Shown in pieces: positions 52,230 to 64,000 of a stretch of 64,000 nucleotides of DNA. The stretch is taken from positions 21,018,001 to 21,082,000 of the forward strand of contig JBHGNT010000005.1 of NCBI GenBank assembly GCA_043228905.1, given 5' to 3'. Each line of letters opens with the position of its first letter. Positions within the stretch are counted from its first letter, which is position 1. This DNA comes from Azolla caroliniana. Lineage: Eukaryota; Plantae; Polypodiophyta. Made by a program: the position numbers and the translations under genes. The notes beneath the pieces were generated by a model, which ran no database searches, was not told the DNA's origin, and saw nothing but the letters and a program-made list of their open reading frames with translations.

Positions 52230-53345
52230 TTTGTCTCGGAAGCTTGACAAAGAGTGGACAAGTGTTTCGAAGCACCCATTGAGTTCGAAACCTCAAGGAA
52301 TGAAGAAGAAAGCATAATCAAAGGTTGCATGATCGAGGAGGAAAAACATTGTGTGATCTATACCATTTAAGAGATAGCCACGAAAAACGATGTCAAGAAG
52401 GAAGGGTTTATGGACAACATGGCAAACATGTTTGGACTTCCTCTTCACTAGCTCTAGAGACCTGGGTAATGGTGAACAAGGACATATCGGTTGCTGGAGA
52501 AAGGGTCATCACTAAAGAGTCGAGCTCAAACCAAATTAAGACCCAAGAGGAGGAAGGGGGTGGCAAGAAAGCGAAGGCCAAAGCCGATGCAAATGACGAT
52601 GAAGCTAAACAAAGCACAATGGTGACTAATCGAACAAGTAGAGGTTCAAGGAATCAAACAAATAGAGGTCATATTGAATTCCATCAGTCCACCTATGCTT
52701 GGAGATTCTAAGAAATGTCATGGAGAAATAACAAGCAACTAAACACTCCCTTGAAGTCTTTGACAAGATGAAGGGTGTTCCTCCAAATGTGATCACAACA
52801 TCCAACTCAAAGGAAGAAACTATCACGAAGATCAAAGGAACAATGGTCAACTCTAATGCAAGAGCATACCACGAAAGAGGGAGAAACAAGAAACATGTAA
52901 TGTGGTCGTCTAAAGACCTAACTGTGAGCATGTACTTTAAGAAGGGTCTACAGGGAGTAGTCAAAGTCAATATTTAGATGGCACAAACGAAGGCAAGAGC
53001 GGATCAACGGAAGAAAGAAGGCCAAAGTGCCTTGACCAAGGGGACGAAAGGAACAAGAGTAGCACGTGCTTAGTGCATGATGGGTTATGCTCAGGAAAAG
53101 CGAACAACACCATGAGAATGGTTCGTGGTCATGTAAGGTAAAACCGAAAGGTTTGGGTGATCAAATGGTGGCCATGGTTCTGGTGGGAAGAATGGACGTG
53201 GTATAAGTTGGAGAAACAAAGATGAACCGACGAGGCGCAAGAAGCAAAGAATACGAAGACTAACAACCTTTGTACCTGCTAATCATCCTCTTTTCATGGT
53301 TCATGACGAAGGATGTGTGGTTTGGTGGGGGTGGATGTCATGATG
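52230..53345 (+). mobile_element. Diverged internal 3' region of a G3-like element
   Basis: Patchy similarity to the reverse complement of 5240-6540, ending GGATGTGTGGTTTGGTGGGGGTGGATGTCAT (PPT and LTR start). Confidence 0.6.
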
Positions 53346-53589
53346 TGTCATGGCCAAAAGTAGAAAAAGGGAAGGTCCAATCACAATCACAAAAAAGGTA
53401 TGTATATATATTTAAAACTTAGTTCTTAATCATGTCAAAAAAGTGAAAAAGAAAAGGTGAATTTTAAGTATTTTTTTGTTCAATTTAGAAATTTGACGAG
53501 ATATTGGTTGGTTTGGTGGTTTTTTGTATGTAGCAAAGGTAACTATTGCTTAGTTCTATTAGCATTGACGGAAGATCACCGTCAGGGAC

Positions 53590-53812
53590 AGAGGGGACTG
53601 GAAGTTCATGTGTAGGGGTAAAATCCAAAGATATACAAAGGAACGCTGAAGGAGCAAAGGTAGCTTTCTAGGTCTCTACAAACAATGGGGTGCAAAAGCT
53701 TGGGGAGGAAACAAGATTAGATATCCTGGCAGTGCATGCCATAACCGATGAGCGTTTGTCCTTGGTCCATGGATTGGGGTCCAACTGACACGATAAACAC
53801 TCTGCCTAGGGA
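53590..53812 (+). pseudogene. rrn18: NUMT: decayed fragment of plant mitochondrial 18S rRNA
   Basis: GTGTAGGGGTAAAATCC..AAGGAACGC..GATTAGATATCCTGG..GATGAG..CCTTGGTC..AAACACTCTGCCTAGGGA follows the plant mitochondrial SSU V4-V5 region, with many C>T/G>A changes. Confidence 0.82.
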
Positions 53813-55958
53813 TCTATAGTAAAAGTAAATAGCCTAGTAGTTAGAGCTATTCACTAGGCTCTAGGGGTGTGCAGAGTTTAATTCTTTTTTGTGTGGTGCA
53901 AATGAAGGGGATTTATTCCCGTTTTCTTTTTCAAAGGAAAGGAGGAATATTTTGAAAAAGAAAAAAGGAATATTTGCAATAAATGTTGAAATTAGGTGCC
54001 TCGTTTTTTCTATACAAAAAAAGAAGAGGGCTTATTTCAGGTCCTTCATTTTGGGTTTCAAGAGTGCATCCTTAGGGAATCATCCATTTTGTGGTTTGGG
54101 CTATACCAATTGGGTTTCTTTTTCTTCCTCTTCTCAACATACTTGAGTGACAGATTTCTTCTTCTCTATCTTCTTCATCTTAGCATTTTCGAGGCTTCAA
54201 GGAGAGCACATTGTTTGTTTGAAGGGAGGCCAGAGCTACTCGAGAGCACTACTCCAATTCAAGGCATTGTAACCATCGGAGGCAGTCGATGTCTCAGCAG
54301 CCCAGTTGACTCGCCTATACCCATACCTTGCGACCAATTCTTTCACATTAGTGGATTTAAAGAAGGGGCTAGGCAAACTCACACGCTGGTCATTCGAAAG
54401 GAGGGCAAAGTGGCCCGAGTACACTTCTACGATTCGAGACATCGCAACCTTCGGAGGTAGTCGTGGACTTGGTGACCCACTTGACTCGTACCTTTCACCG
54501 GAAACTTAGCTGACTCCCCAACTTTCCTTTCTGATTAAACTTAGCAGTTATCTTCTAATCGCTCATTCTATCATTTCTCGTTACCACTGTTGTACCTATT
54601 CACTATGAATCTTTTATAAACCCCTATTTTGTAAAGGAAACTTCTTTGGTAATCTAGCATTTTCCACCTACAAAGTAGCCCATTTTGTCTTTAATATTGT
54701 AAGAAAATCCTTCATAATCTGGTGTTCCTAGTGCTAATCGCATATTTTGATCTTAACCTCATGCGCTAATGGTCATTTGACTTGTTGCTCCCTTCAACTT
54801 CTACGAGGCTTCAGCTCTAAAGAGACTTTGAGACTAAAGAGTGTTAGACTGTTACGGGCATGTCCATATAATATCCGTTGGTGAGAATTTACCGTAGTAT
54901 TCTATACACGTGGATAAACGTGAGGGTTAAACTAGAGTGTAAAGAAGGGGAGGATTACTTTTAATTCTCGGGATTGAGACAACCCATTAGGCCAAGCGTA
55001 AACTTGATTGGGGGCCTTGGGTATCGCTATAAATATGAGGCCTAGTTACCCTCATTTCATCATATCTTTTGACTACGTCGAGACTCTGTTTCATGGTGGT
55101 TCAACTCTTGTAGTGAGCACGCCAGCACCAGGTATGACTGGACTCCATGGCGGTGGTATGGGACGCCGATTGAGGCCCGAGTCCGTTTCGATCCCTTCGC
55201 TCGGGGGTGGTAAGGTGGATCAACACCCTTCTTTCTCTCTCTCCTTTCTCTCTATCTATCTATCATTCTTTTCTCCTTATCATACGCTTACATTACATCA
55301 TATCTCGAATAGTTGGTTTCAAAGCTCATGTTGTAATGTTTCTTCTGTTGTCTTTTGTCTTCTTGATTGATGGTGATCGATCGATGTGCGGTCGGCCTTG
55401 ATCCAGACAACGATCAACAAAGGAACTTCGGTAATCTTTCTTGGTTTTTTTTTTCCTATTTTTTCTTCTCCCTTTTAATCATGTATATGGTCATATGTAA
55501 TTATTTTTTTCATTAATTCAATGATGTTGTAGTGGTTATTAATTGGTTATATAAAACGTTTACATATGTGCATGAGGTCAATACCTCATTTGACATATAT
55601 TTGATAAGTGATTAATGTCATATGCGTACGAGGTTAATACCTCAATTATGTATTACATTCACAAACATATGTTACGTTTGCGTATGAAGTTATTACCTTG
55701 ATTTGTATGTAAATGATATGCGTTTGGTGTCGTATGCGTATGAGGTCAATACCTCAATTGTGTATTACGATTAACCCTTATTTTTAGATGTTTCGTGTGC
55801 GTTGAGGGTATATGCCTCGATTATGTATCTCTATTACATCATTTTTGGCTATTTTATATTACGATTTCTTTTATATATGCATATGTGGTCACGTGTATAC
55901 ATATTTGATTGTATATATGTGATAATATACATGTGTATATAAGTTAATACGTGATATC

Positions 55959-58900
55959 TGTCACGGACAAGTATAATAGAGTAGAACAAAGATAAGACTA
56001 GAGAACAAGCGAGAGTAAAAGAACATGAAGTCAACTTATAGAACCCGTAACTTGTGTTGTTCACCTTGATTAGAATCAAGGTACACAAGAGTATTTATAC
56101 AAGAAGGTTGGGCTATGTAAACCAACTAGAAATAGAGTATGCATGAGGATGCATGCAATAGAGTACGCATGAGGATGCATGCAATAGAGAATGCATAAGG
56201 ATGCATGCAAGCTAGAAAATGAGAATACATGCAAGCTAGGAACTTCCAATGTTCAATCTACATTATATGAAGTTGAATTAAAATAAGGATGTATATGTAA
56301 CTCAAGTGGTAGGGTTGTACAATAGAAACCATGAAGTCTTGGGTTCAATCCCTATCTTCTTTTGTGACATATGTCTATGACATTATTCTCCCTCTAAGGC
56401 TGCCTCCTAACACCCGCGGCCGGTTTATGGGGGTATCGTTGATGAAAAGCGTGAATTGCCTCCGGTGCATTTTGTAAATGTGTAATTGGTTCCCATGTGG
56501 CGTCCGAAAGAGGGTAACTTTTCCATAAGACCAACTATTGAAGTCGCCCTCGACCCAAGCGAGAGTCGAAGATCTGGTCAACCTCATACTCCTCACCTGT
56601 CGATAATTCCATGGGTGGCGGTGGCGGAAGTTGTCGTCCCGGAATGCGAGAAGGATGATAGAGTTCGAGGAGAGAGACGTGGAAAACATTGTGAAGCTGA
56701 AATGTGGGGGGAAGTGATAACCAGAAGGCGACTGGGTTAACGCGCTCAAGGATACAGAAGGGGCCTAGCTTTTTGTAGTCGAGCTTCGCGTAGGGACAGG
56801 TGGTTGCGATGTGCCGATGTAGCAACCAAACCATGTCACTGATTGCGAATGTCGGCATGACTAAGTGATGTCGGTCAGCGTGAGCTTTATACTGTTTGCC
56901 AGCGACACAGAGCTCGAGGGCGAGGTCACGATGAACATCTTGTAAGGTGTGGGCACGCTTCTCAGCCAACGGATTGATGGATATCTCCGGAATGGAAATG
57001 TTGAACCGAGGGTGGAAACCGTAATTTGCAAAGAATGGAGAAACCTTAGTTGAGGCATGGATATTGTTATTGTAGGCAAATTCCGCCATGGCAAGGGGGT
57101 CCACCCAATCGTCTTGTTGGTAGCTAACTGTACACCGGAGGTATTGTTCGAGGATTTGGTTGACTCTTTCGTTTTGGCCATCCGTTTGAGGGTGGTGCGT
57201 GGTTGACAAGTTCACAGAAGTCCCGAATATCTGTAGAAGTCGGTGCCAAAAGTGGGAGATAAATTGAGGACCTCGATCAGAAGAGACATCCTCAGGCAAA
57301 CCGTGTAAGCGGACGGCATTTTTCAGAAAACGGGTAGTTGTCTCCTCCCCCGAAATGGTTTTCGAACATGGGACAAAGTGAGCCATCTTCGAAAACCGAG
57401 CGACTACCACTAGCACCGTGTCATGGTCACCGACTCAAAGAAGGTCGGTGATAAAGTCCATGGCGAGAGAAGCCCAAGGTCGACTGGGGATTGGAAGTGG
57501 GTGTAGAAGGCCGTATGGACGATGGTGAGCCGCTTTGGAGTGAGCACAAACGTCACAAGTTTGTGCTCAAAGTTTTGATAAATTCTTTGACCAATTTCCA
57601 AGGTTGAGGCCCCCAAAACCCTCGAGAAAGCAATGCCAACGTTTTGGCGACCCCAAAGTGTCCGACAAGAGGATCATCATGGCAAGTTTGTAGAACTTGG
57701 AGGCGACATGGGCCAGCTGGTACGTAAAGGAGGTGATTACGATAGAGTAGCCCATCCTGAGTTGTAAAGTGACTAAGATTCGAGCTTTGCCTTTCATGGG
57801 ATGGGTTATTGAGGCACGCCATGATGTCAGTAGCGAAAGGGTCCGACGTGGTTGCTTGGGCAATCTCGTTGAGCAAGGAATCATCGTGCAACATATAGGT
57901 TGCGAACAATAAACAATGTGATTGCTGAGAATAAGCGTCATCACCTGGGCGCAATGCGAAATCGGGTCTTCGAGAGAGAGCATCCGCTTTCCCATGTTGA
58001 ACGCCGGGTCAAAAAATGATGTCGAAGTCGTAGTCGGCAAGAAAAGATGACCAGCAAGCGTGCCTCCGATTCAACGTACGAGTGGTGGTGAAGTAGATGA
58101 GATTCTTGTGGTCAGTCACCACCTGAATACGATGTTGCACCCTAGCCAGATAGGGTCGGCATTCAGCGAAGGCCGAGATGATAGCTGCAAGCTCCTTGTC
58201 GTAGATCGGATAATTGATTTCGGGGGCTGTAAATTTCTGAGAGTAGAAGGCGACCAGATGTAGAGTGTCGTTGTCATCGGGCTGGGACAAGACCGCACCT
58301 ATGGCAAAGTCGGAGGCGTCGGTTTCAACTTGGAAAGGGCGGGCAGGGTCGGGGTGGACTAACAAGGGGGCGGAGAGAAAAGCTGCTTTGAGGGCATTAA
58401 AAGCATTGTGTGCTGCGGGGGTCCAAAGAAATAGAGTATCTTTCTAGGTAAGTTGGATGAGAGGTTGGACTAGGGAAGAGAACCCATCTATAAATTGTCT
58501 ATAAAAATTTGCAAAACCAAGAAACAATTGTACCTCTTTTAGCCGAGTCAGAAGAGGCCAATCAGTGATTGCCACGACCTTGCATTCATCCATTGTGATC
58601 CTAGTAGGTGAGATCATGTAACCCAAGAATTCGACAGAGGTCCGATCAAATTCACATTTCTCACTTTTGGCGAAGAGCCCATATTCTAGGAGTTTGGTGA
58701 GAACTAGCCGGACGTGGTGTGTGTGCTCCTCCAAGTTGGAAGAAAAAACTAGGATGTCATCAAGGTAGATGACCACGAAATGATCGAGATACTCTCAAAA
58801 AATATCATTCATCATGTGTTGGAAAACAGCCGGAGCATTGGTAAGGCTGAAAGGCATCACTTTGTACTCGAAATGTTCATACCGCGTTCGAGAAGCCCTT

Positions 58901-61354
58901 TTCCATTCATCCCTAGGCTTAATGCGCACCAAATTGTAGGTGCCCCGAAGGTCGATTTTGGAGAAGATATGCCCCATTCGGAGTTGATCAAGGAGCGCTG
59001 GAATTAAGGGCAGGGGGTAACGATTACATACCGTAACTTTGTTGAGACCCCGATAATCCACACATAAGTGTAAGGAGCCGTCCTATCTTTTGACAAATAA
59101 GATTGTTGCCCTAGCTGGTGATTTGGAGGGTTGAATGAAGCCCTTCGCGAGATTCTCAGCCAAATATGTGCGGAGAGCCTCAAGTTCGGGTTCAGATAAC
59201 CCATAGATAGGACCGAATGGGGGATGCTCGCCAGGCTAGAGTTCGATCGGGCAATTGTAGGGACGATGAGCTGGTAACCGATCAGCATTCCGCTTTTCGA
59301 AGATGTCGGAAAAGTCGCTATATCGGATGGGTAAATTGGTGACAGGAACGGTGACGTTTCCTGACACAACGGCCAGTGTAGCGACCAAACCGGACTCGAC
59401 CATAACAGAATCAAGAGAGTGTTGTGACTGAGCATGAATTGGCGTTCTTGGAAAAGTGATGGAGCGGCTACACCAATCCACCGTCGGATTGTGTGTCTCC
59501 AACCAAGATAGCCCAACACAATCGGATGTCGGGGAGTCGCGATGAGGTAGAAAGTCAGTTCCTCTTGGTGTGTCCCGATTTGAAGTACCAACGGGATAGT
59601 GGCATCGGTAACCGCCCCCGACGAGAGAACCCGGCCGTCGATCGCTTCAATGGATATGGGTTGTTATATGCGGACAGTGGGGATATTATGTGCGCATACA
59701 AACGATTTATCGATAAAGCAAGTAGATGCTCCGGAGTCGAGCAAGGCATGAGAATGTATTGAAGTCGAACCAAAACAAAGACTTACTAGCAAAGAAAACC
59801 CCCCTAATGGCGGTATGGACTTGTAGGAGCATGGAGAAGGTGAGTTACAGGAAGCGTCCAGCGGCATGGCTCCTACTGCAGCCGGACTTGGTCGTTTTCC
59901 TGTTGTCGAGGAACCTCCGCATGACGTGCACGATGGAATTGGTGTCAAGGGCCTCGCACAAGACAGTGGCAAATGACATGGCTGGGGTTGACACAATAGA
60001 GACAAAGTCCATTGTCCCGAAGATGTTGGCGTTGGGCTTCAGTTAGTGGTTGGAACCGAGCATGGTCGATCTCCATCGGGGTATGGGAATTGACCTCCAT
60101 TGTGGTATGGGTTTCACTGACTGATGGTAAGGTTGGCGTGGGCGACAAGTAGGGCTTGGCGATTGCTGCGTTCCGAGAAGAAGCCTGAGATCCACGAGGC
60201 CCCCGTTCTTCTTGACGAAGTTCAAAAAGACGATTGTCACACTGGGTAGCTTGGGAGATTACTTGAGGCAACGATGTGGGCTCCGGGAAGTTTAAGAGAA
60301 GAGTCTTGACATCATTTCGGAAACCGCGACGGAAATGGTCGGATAGGGCTTGGTCATCCCAACTAACATCGCAGGCAATCTGGCGGAACTCTAAGGCGTA
60401 GACCAAGGCAGGAAGTGAGCCTTGTTGGACAGAATAAAGCTTTGTGAGTGCCGTTCGTCACCGATCTGTCTCGCCAAATGTCGGTTCGAGCTCCTCAATG
60501 AAAGCGTTGAGGTCCTCCAAGAGAGGGGATGAGGTCTCGATCAAGGGTGCAAACCATGCTTGCGCCGGCCCAAAGAGAAGCGTGCCAACAAGCCCAACCC
60601 GAGAAAAGTCGCTAGCATACCGTTGGGGCTGTAATCAGATCATAAGCCGAATTTTGTTGATGAAGCCGCGAAGATATGCCCTCATGCCGTTGAATTTTTC
60701 GGGTAGGCTAATGGTTGGTTCAAGGACATATGGATGAGAAGAGGATGTGGTCTGGCTAGGTGTCGACGGTGGTTGTGACTCGGCGGCTAGTGGATTTCTT
60801 GAAGTGCCGAATTGCAGCTCTCGTAATGATTCCTGAAGGATTTCATTCTCTAGATGAAGTTGTTGCAAGGCTGCCATGATTTGGTTTAGGTTGTCGATGG
60901 AGTCGGGCTTGGTAGCAAGAAAAGGAAGGTGAACAAATTGTCACGAACAAGTATAATAGAGTAGAACAAAGATAAGACTAGAGAACAAGAGAGAGTAAAA
61001 GAACATGAACTCAACTTATAGAACCCGTAACTTGTGTTGTTCACCTTGATTAGAATCAAGGTGCACATGAGTATTTATACAAGAAGGTAGGGCTATGTAA
61101 GCCAACTAGAAATAGAGTATGCATGAGGATGCATGCAATAGAGTACGCATGAGGATGCATGCAATAGAGAATGCATGAGGATGCATGCAAGCTAGAAAAG
61201 GAGAATACATGCAAGCTAGGAACTTCCAATGTTCAAATATGAAGTTGAATTAAGATAAGGATGCATATGTAGCTCAAGTGATAGGGTTGGCCAATAGAGA
61301 CAATGAGGTCTTGGGTTCAATCCCTACCTTCTTTCATGGCATATGTCTATGACA
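55959..61354 (-). mobile_element. Full-length Tcn1/sushi-like chromovirus G5 (5' LTR 60939-61354, 3' LTR 55959-56382; TSD ATATC), decayed
   Basis: Gag EPTISLPEKFNG, PR HALLDSGAS, RT YLDDIL, RH VETDASDFAIG, IN SDRGPQF..HPQTDGQ, chromodomain EYEVDQIFDSR..ATWEP. PPT AGAGGGAG. About 22 LTR substitutions and one 8-bp indel. Confidence 0.95.
61270..61326 (+). promoter_or_regulatory. tRNA-like Pol III A/B-box cassette in the G5 LTR (second copy at ~56298-56354)
   Basis: TAGCTCAAGTG(G/A)TAG ... GAGGTCTTGGGTTCAATCCC. Function not shown. Confidence 0.65.
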
Positions 61355-64000
61355 ATATCCATATCAAATGTTTTCCTTTTCGGGAAAAGGATCTTGGTGG
61401 CGCTCCTCACATTTTTGTGAGAATTCATTGTCACCATCCCCTTTTCAACAAATTTTTATTGTTGACATCCCCGTTGGTGACTTCGATTTCGTTACGTAAT
61501 AAAACAATCTTAGCCACAATGGTGTTGAGAACGTAGGGCTTGACACACTTGATGTGAGGTCCCTCTTATGACACACATATCCAACATGCCTCCCTCATTA
61601 CATGGATACAATGCAACCATGAGATCATTCTTACGAAAGGCATTTGTAATGACGTAACCATGTGATGGGCCATGTAGGCCCACTACGAAAAGAGGACTCA
61701 TTTGGCTTTACCATTAGGTTGCACTTTGACGTATGCCATCGTAATTATGAGACTTGAGGTTAGGTAACGTACCAACATAGTTTGAGGTAAATGAGGGGGA
61801 AATAAGGACTCTTGACATATATGTTTCTTTAAAAAAGAATTATATGAGCAAATGCCTTGCATATCTCTTATACCAATCAACATGAGCAACCTATTTGGTT
61901 AGCTCAAGTGTTTAATGCATTTGTTCTTGAGGTCTCGAGTTCAAATATGACCAAGAGCATACAACATGGTTGATACATATGACTATAACACATGTTTAGA
62001 CTTGAGGTCTAAGTGCACTTCGGGGTCCTCTTAATAGGACTTAAAGAGCCAAAACCACATATGTGGGCACCAAAACATTTTTATCAGTCATGTATAAACT
62101 ATTCATGACGTGAACATACATAGTTGAGCCTCGGGGAACCACCATGAAAAAATCGATATAGAGATTAGGGAAAGACATTAATTTGTCACCCCCATGGTTT
62201 TTAAAACACCTTTGTGTTACCATAGTCACCTGATCTTGAACCTCATCTCATACGTCTAGAGGGGTATTCACGTGAGATCATGATATCGATTAATGTTTGC
62301 CCATGATATGTTTACAGCACGACATGATGTTATGACTATTTGTCTGACTTTATCCTATTTCTTTGCTAGAAATAATCATTCAATGGCTCAAAATAACGAC
62401 CCGATGTCATCCGCTCAAGCGGAAGCAACTCAAGGAAATCCTCCTAGACAAATGTCCATTGAGATGTATTTTTCACAAATAAGCCAATACCTTAGTTTCA
62501 CCGCTGAATAGATGACCGAACTTCGGCAATCTCAAAGTGCTCTTGAGGCATGTGTCATTAGTTTACAACGTGAGACTAATAGACCTGATCAACGACAAGG
62601 TGAACCATCATTTGTTGTTAAGCCATTTACGGGAGAAAAAAAGGAAAGAACTGAAGAAGCAATCTGCACGTGGTTGGGCCGATGGGAGTCTCATTTTGAG
62701 CTCTATCCCACGCCAGATAATACGAAGATTGCATATGTCGACTGAGAACTAGGAGGTAAGGCCGCCGCCTGGTGGCATGGGCTCTGACCTTTGGGGAAGT
62801 TGCCCGATACTTGGACAGATTTTGTCACAGTTTTTAAGGGCAAATTTTTGCAACCTCCCTCTCGAACTGAGGCAGCACAAGCTTTAATGAACCTCTCTAG
62901 GGGGAAGTTTTCCTCGCTAGAAGACTATGTTCACTATGCTATAACCCAAATCCAAAAATCGGGTCTAGAAGGGGACAACTAATTAATAGCTTGTTTTGTC
63001 AATGGCATCCCCAATTCAAACTATCACTGCATAGTGCATGATAAGGATCCAAAATCCTTCGAAGAGGCCGTTGAAATAATTCGTCACTATCAACGCACTT
63101 CGAAGAAGGACCACAACAAACCCAACGAAGCACCTGGGACTAAGCAGTCACAATTCGTTGGGAAACGCAAGACACCCAATGAATTCATGGATCACGATTG
63201 TAAGCGACAACATCCTTTTTGAGTATTCTACAAAAAGAAGGGTCATACAAAAGAGGAATGTCGAAAGCTCCAACGGAAAGAGCACGACAACAAAGCTAAA
63301 GTTGCAGACCATTAATGTCGGATTCCTAATGTCCTTCATGTCTATACACATCATTTAAGTAATTGTCAATGTTCTTTCCCTCACTATGTATTGGTTCCCA
63401 ATGATTTACTACGTGCAAACGGGTATATCAATGGATCTCCCGTACAATTTTTGTTTGATTCGAGAAGCTCACACAACTTTGTGAATGATCATTTGGTTCA
63501 TTTGGCGTTGCGCCAATAAGTATACCTCCTTATCGCTTAGGTCGATCTGAAGAGGATGAGGTATCTAAACAAACCAAGCACAATTTACGAATGGGTTATA
63601 TACGTTATAGTAAATCTCTATGGGGTGCACCAGTTCTCTTCGTTAAAAAGAAAGAGGGCACATAGCGTATGTTTATTAATCACCGACGCTTGAATAAAGT
63701 GAAGATCAAGAATTCGTATCCATTGCCAAGGGCTAACAATCTAATTGACCGTCTCCAGGGAGCTCGGTATTCTAAAAAACTTGATCTCCGTACTGGCTGC
63801 CATCAAATTCGTATACGTGATGACGATGTTCCTAAAACGACATTTTGTACTCGCTATGGCCATGATGAGTTTTTGGTTATGCCTTTTGGTTTGACCAATG
63901 CTCCAGCTACATTTCAATAAAAAATGAATGACATTTTCCAAGAACAACTTGGAAAATTTGTCGTTATTTTCTTGGATAATATTCTACTTTATAGTCGTAC

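Larger units (their letters stand above)
54850..64000 (+). mobile_element. G1 copy 4 (5' LTR 54850-55311, leader, gag, PR, RT), running off the window; contains G5
   Basis: Colinear with copy 3. About 0.5 kb deleted at ~63500. Stops present. Confidence 0.92.

Noticed and set aside
53590-53812. Functional rRNA gene or bacterial contamination
   Set aside because: It is short, mutated at invariant positions and embedded in plant TE sequence.
61262-61335. Genuine tRNA genes at the A/B-box cassettes
   Set aside because: There is no convincing acceptor stem or anticodon arm. They are kept only as tRNA-derived promoter-like motifs.

Overview
AT-rich land-plant nuclear DNA. The long TE-filled introns and the Tcn1-like and tRNA-Trp-primed Gypsy elements suggest a non-seed plant such as a fern (inference). 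There is one intact host gene: a 4-exon, minus-strand TRICHOME BIREFRINGENCE-LIKE (TBL, PMR5N + PC-esterase) O-acetyltransferase, 43515->24706, 428 aa. Most of the rest is nested transposons, given working labels A and G1-G5. They include four copies of a Met-primed chromovirus (G1), solo LTRs with a 54-bp VNTR (A), and a gag-only Trp-primed element with 4-bp TSDs (G3). Also present are a deleted Tat-like element (G4) whose LTR holds a hAT transposon carrying a duplicated ARL8 exon, a young Copia in TBL intron 2, and a self-priming Tcn1/sushi-like chromovirus (G5). Copia and L1 relics, a 17-bp minisatellite and a decayed mitochondrial 18S rRNA fragment (NUMT) fill other gaps. The most notable observations are: (1) tRNA-like Pol III A/B-box cassettes in three unrelated retrotransposon families; (2) the exon-carrying Pack-hAT; (3) the 11-nt self-priming signal of G5; (4) a sense LTR starting 28 bp after the TBL stop codon. 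All alignments and counts were made by eye.
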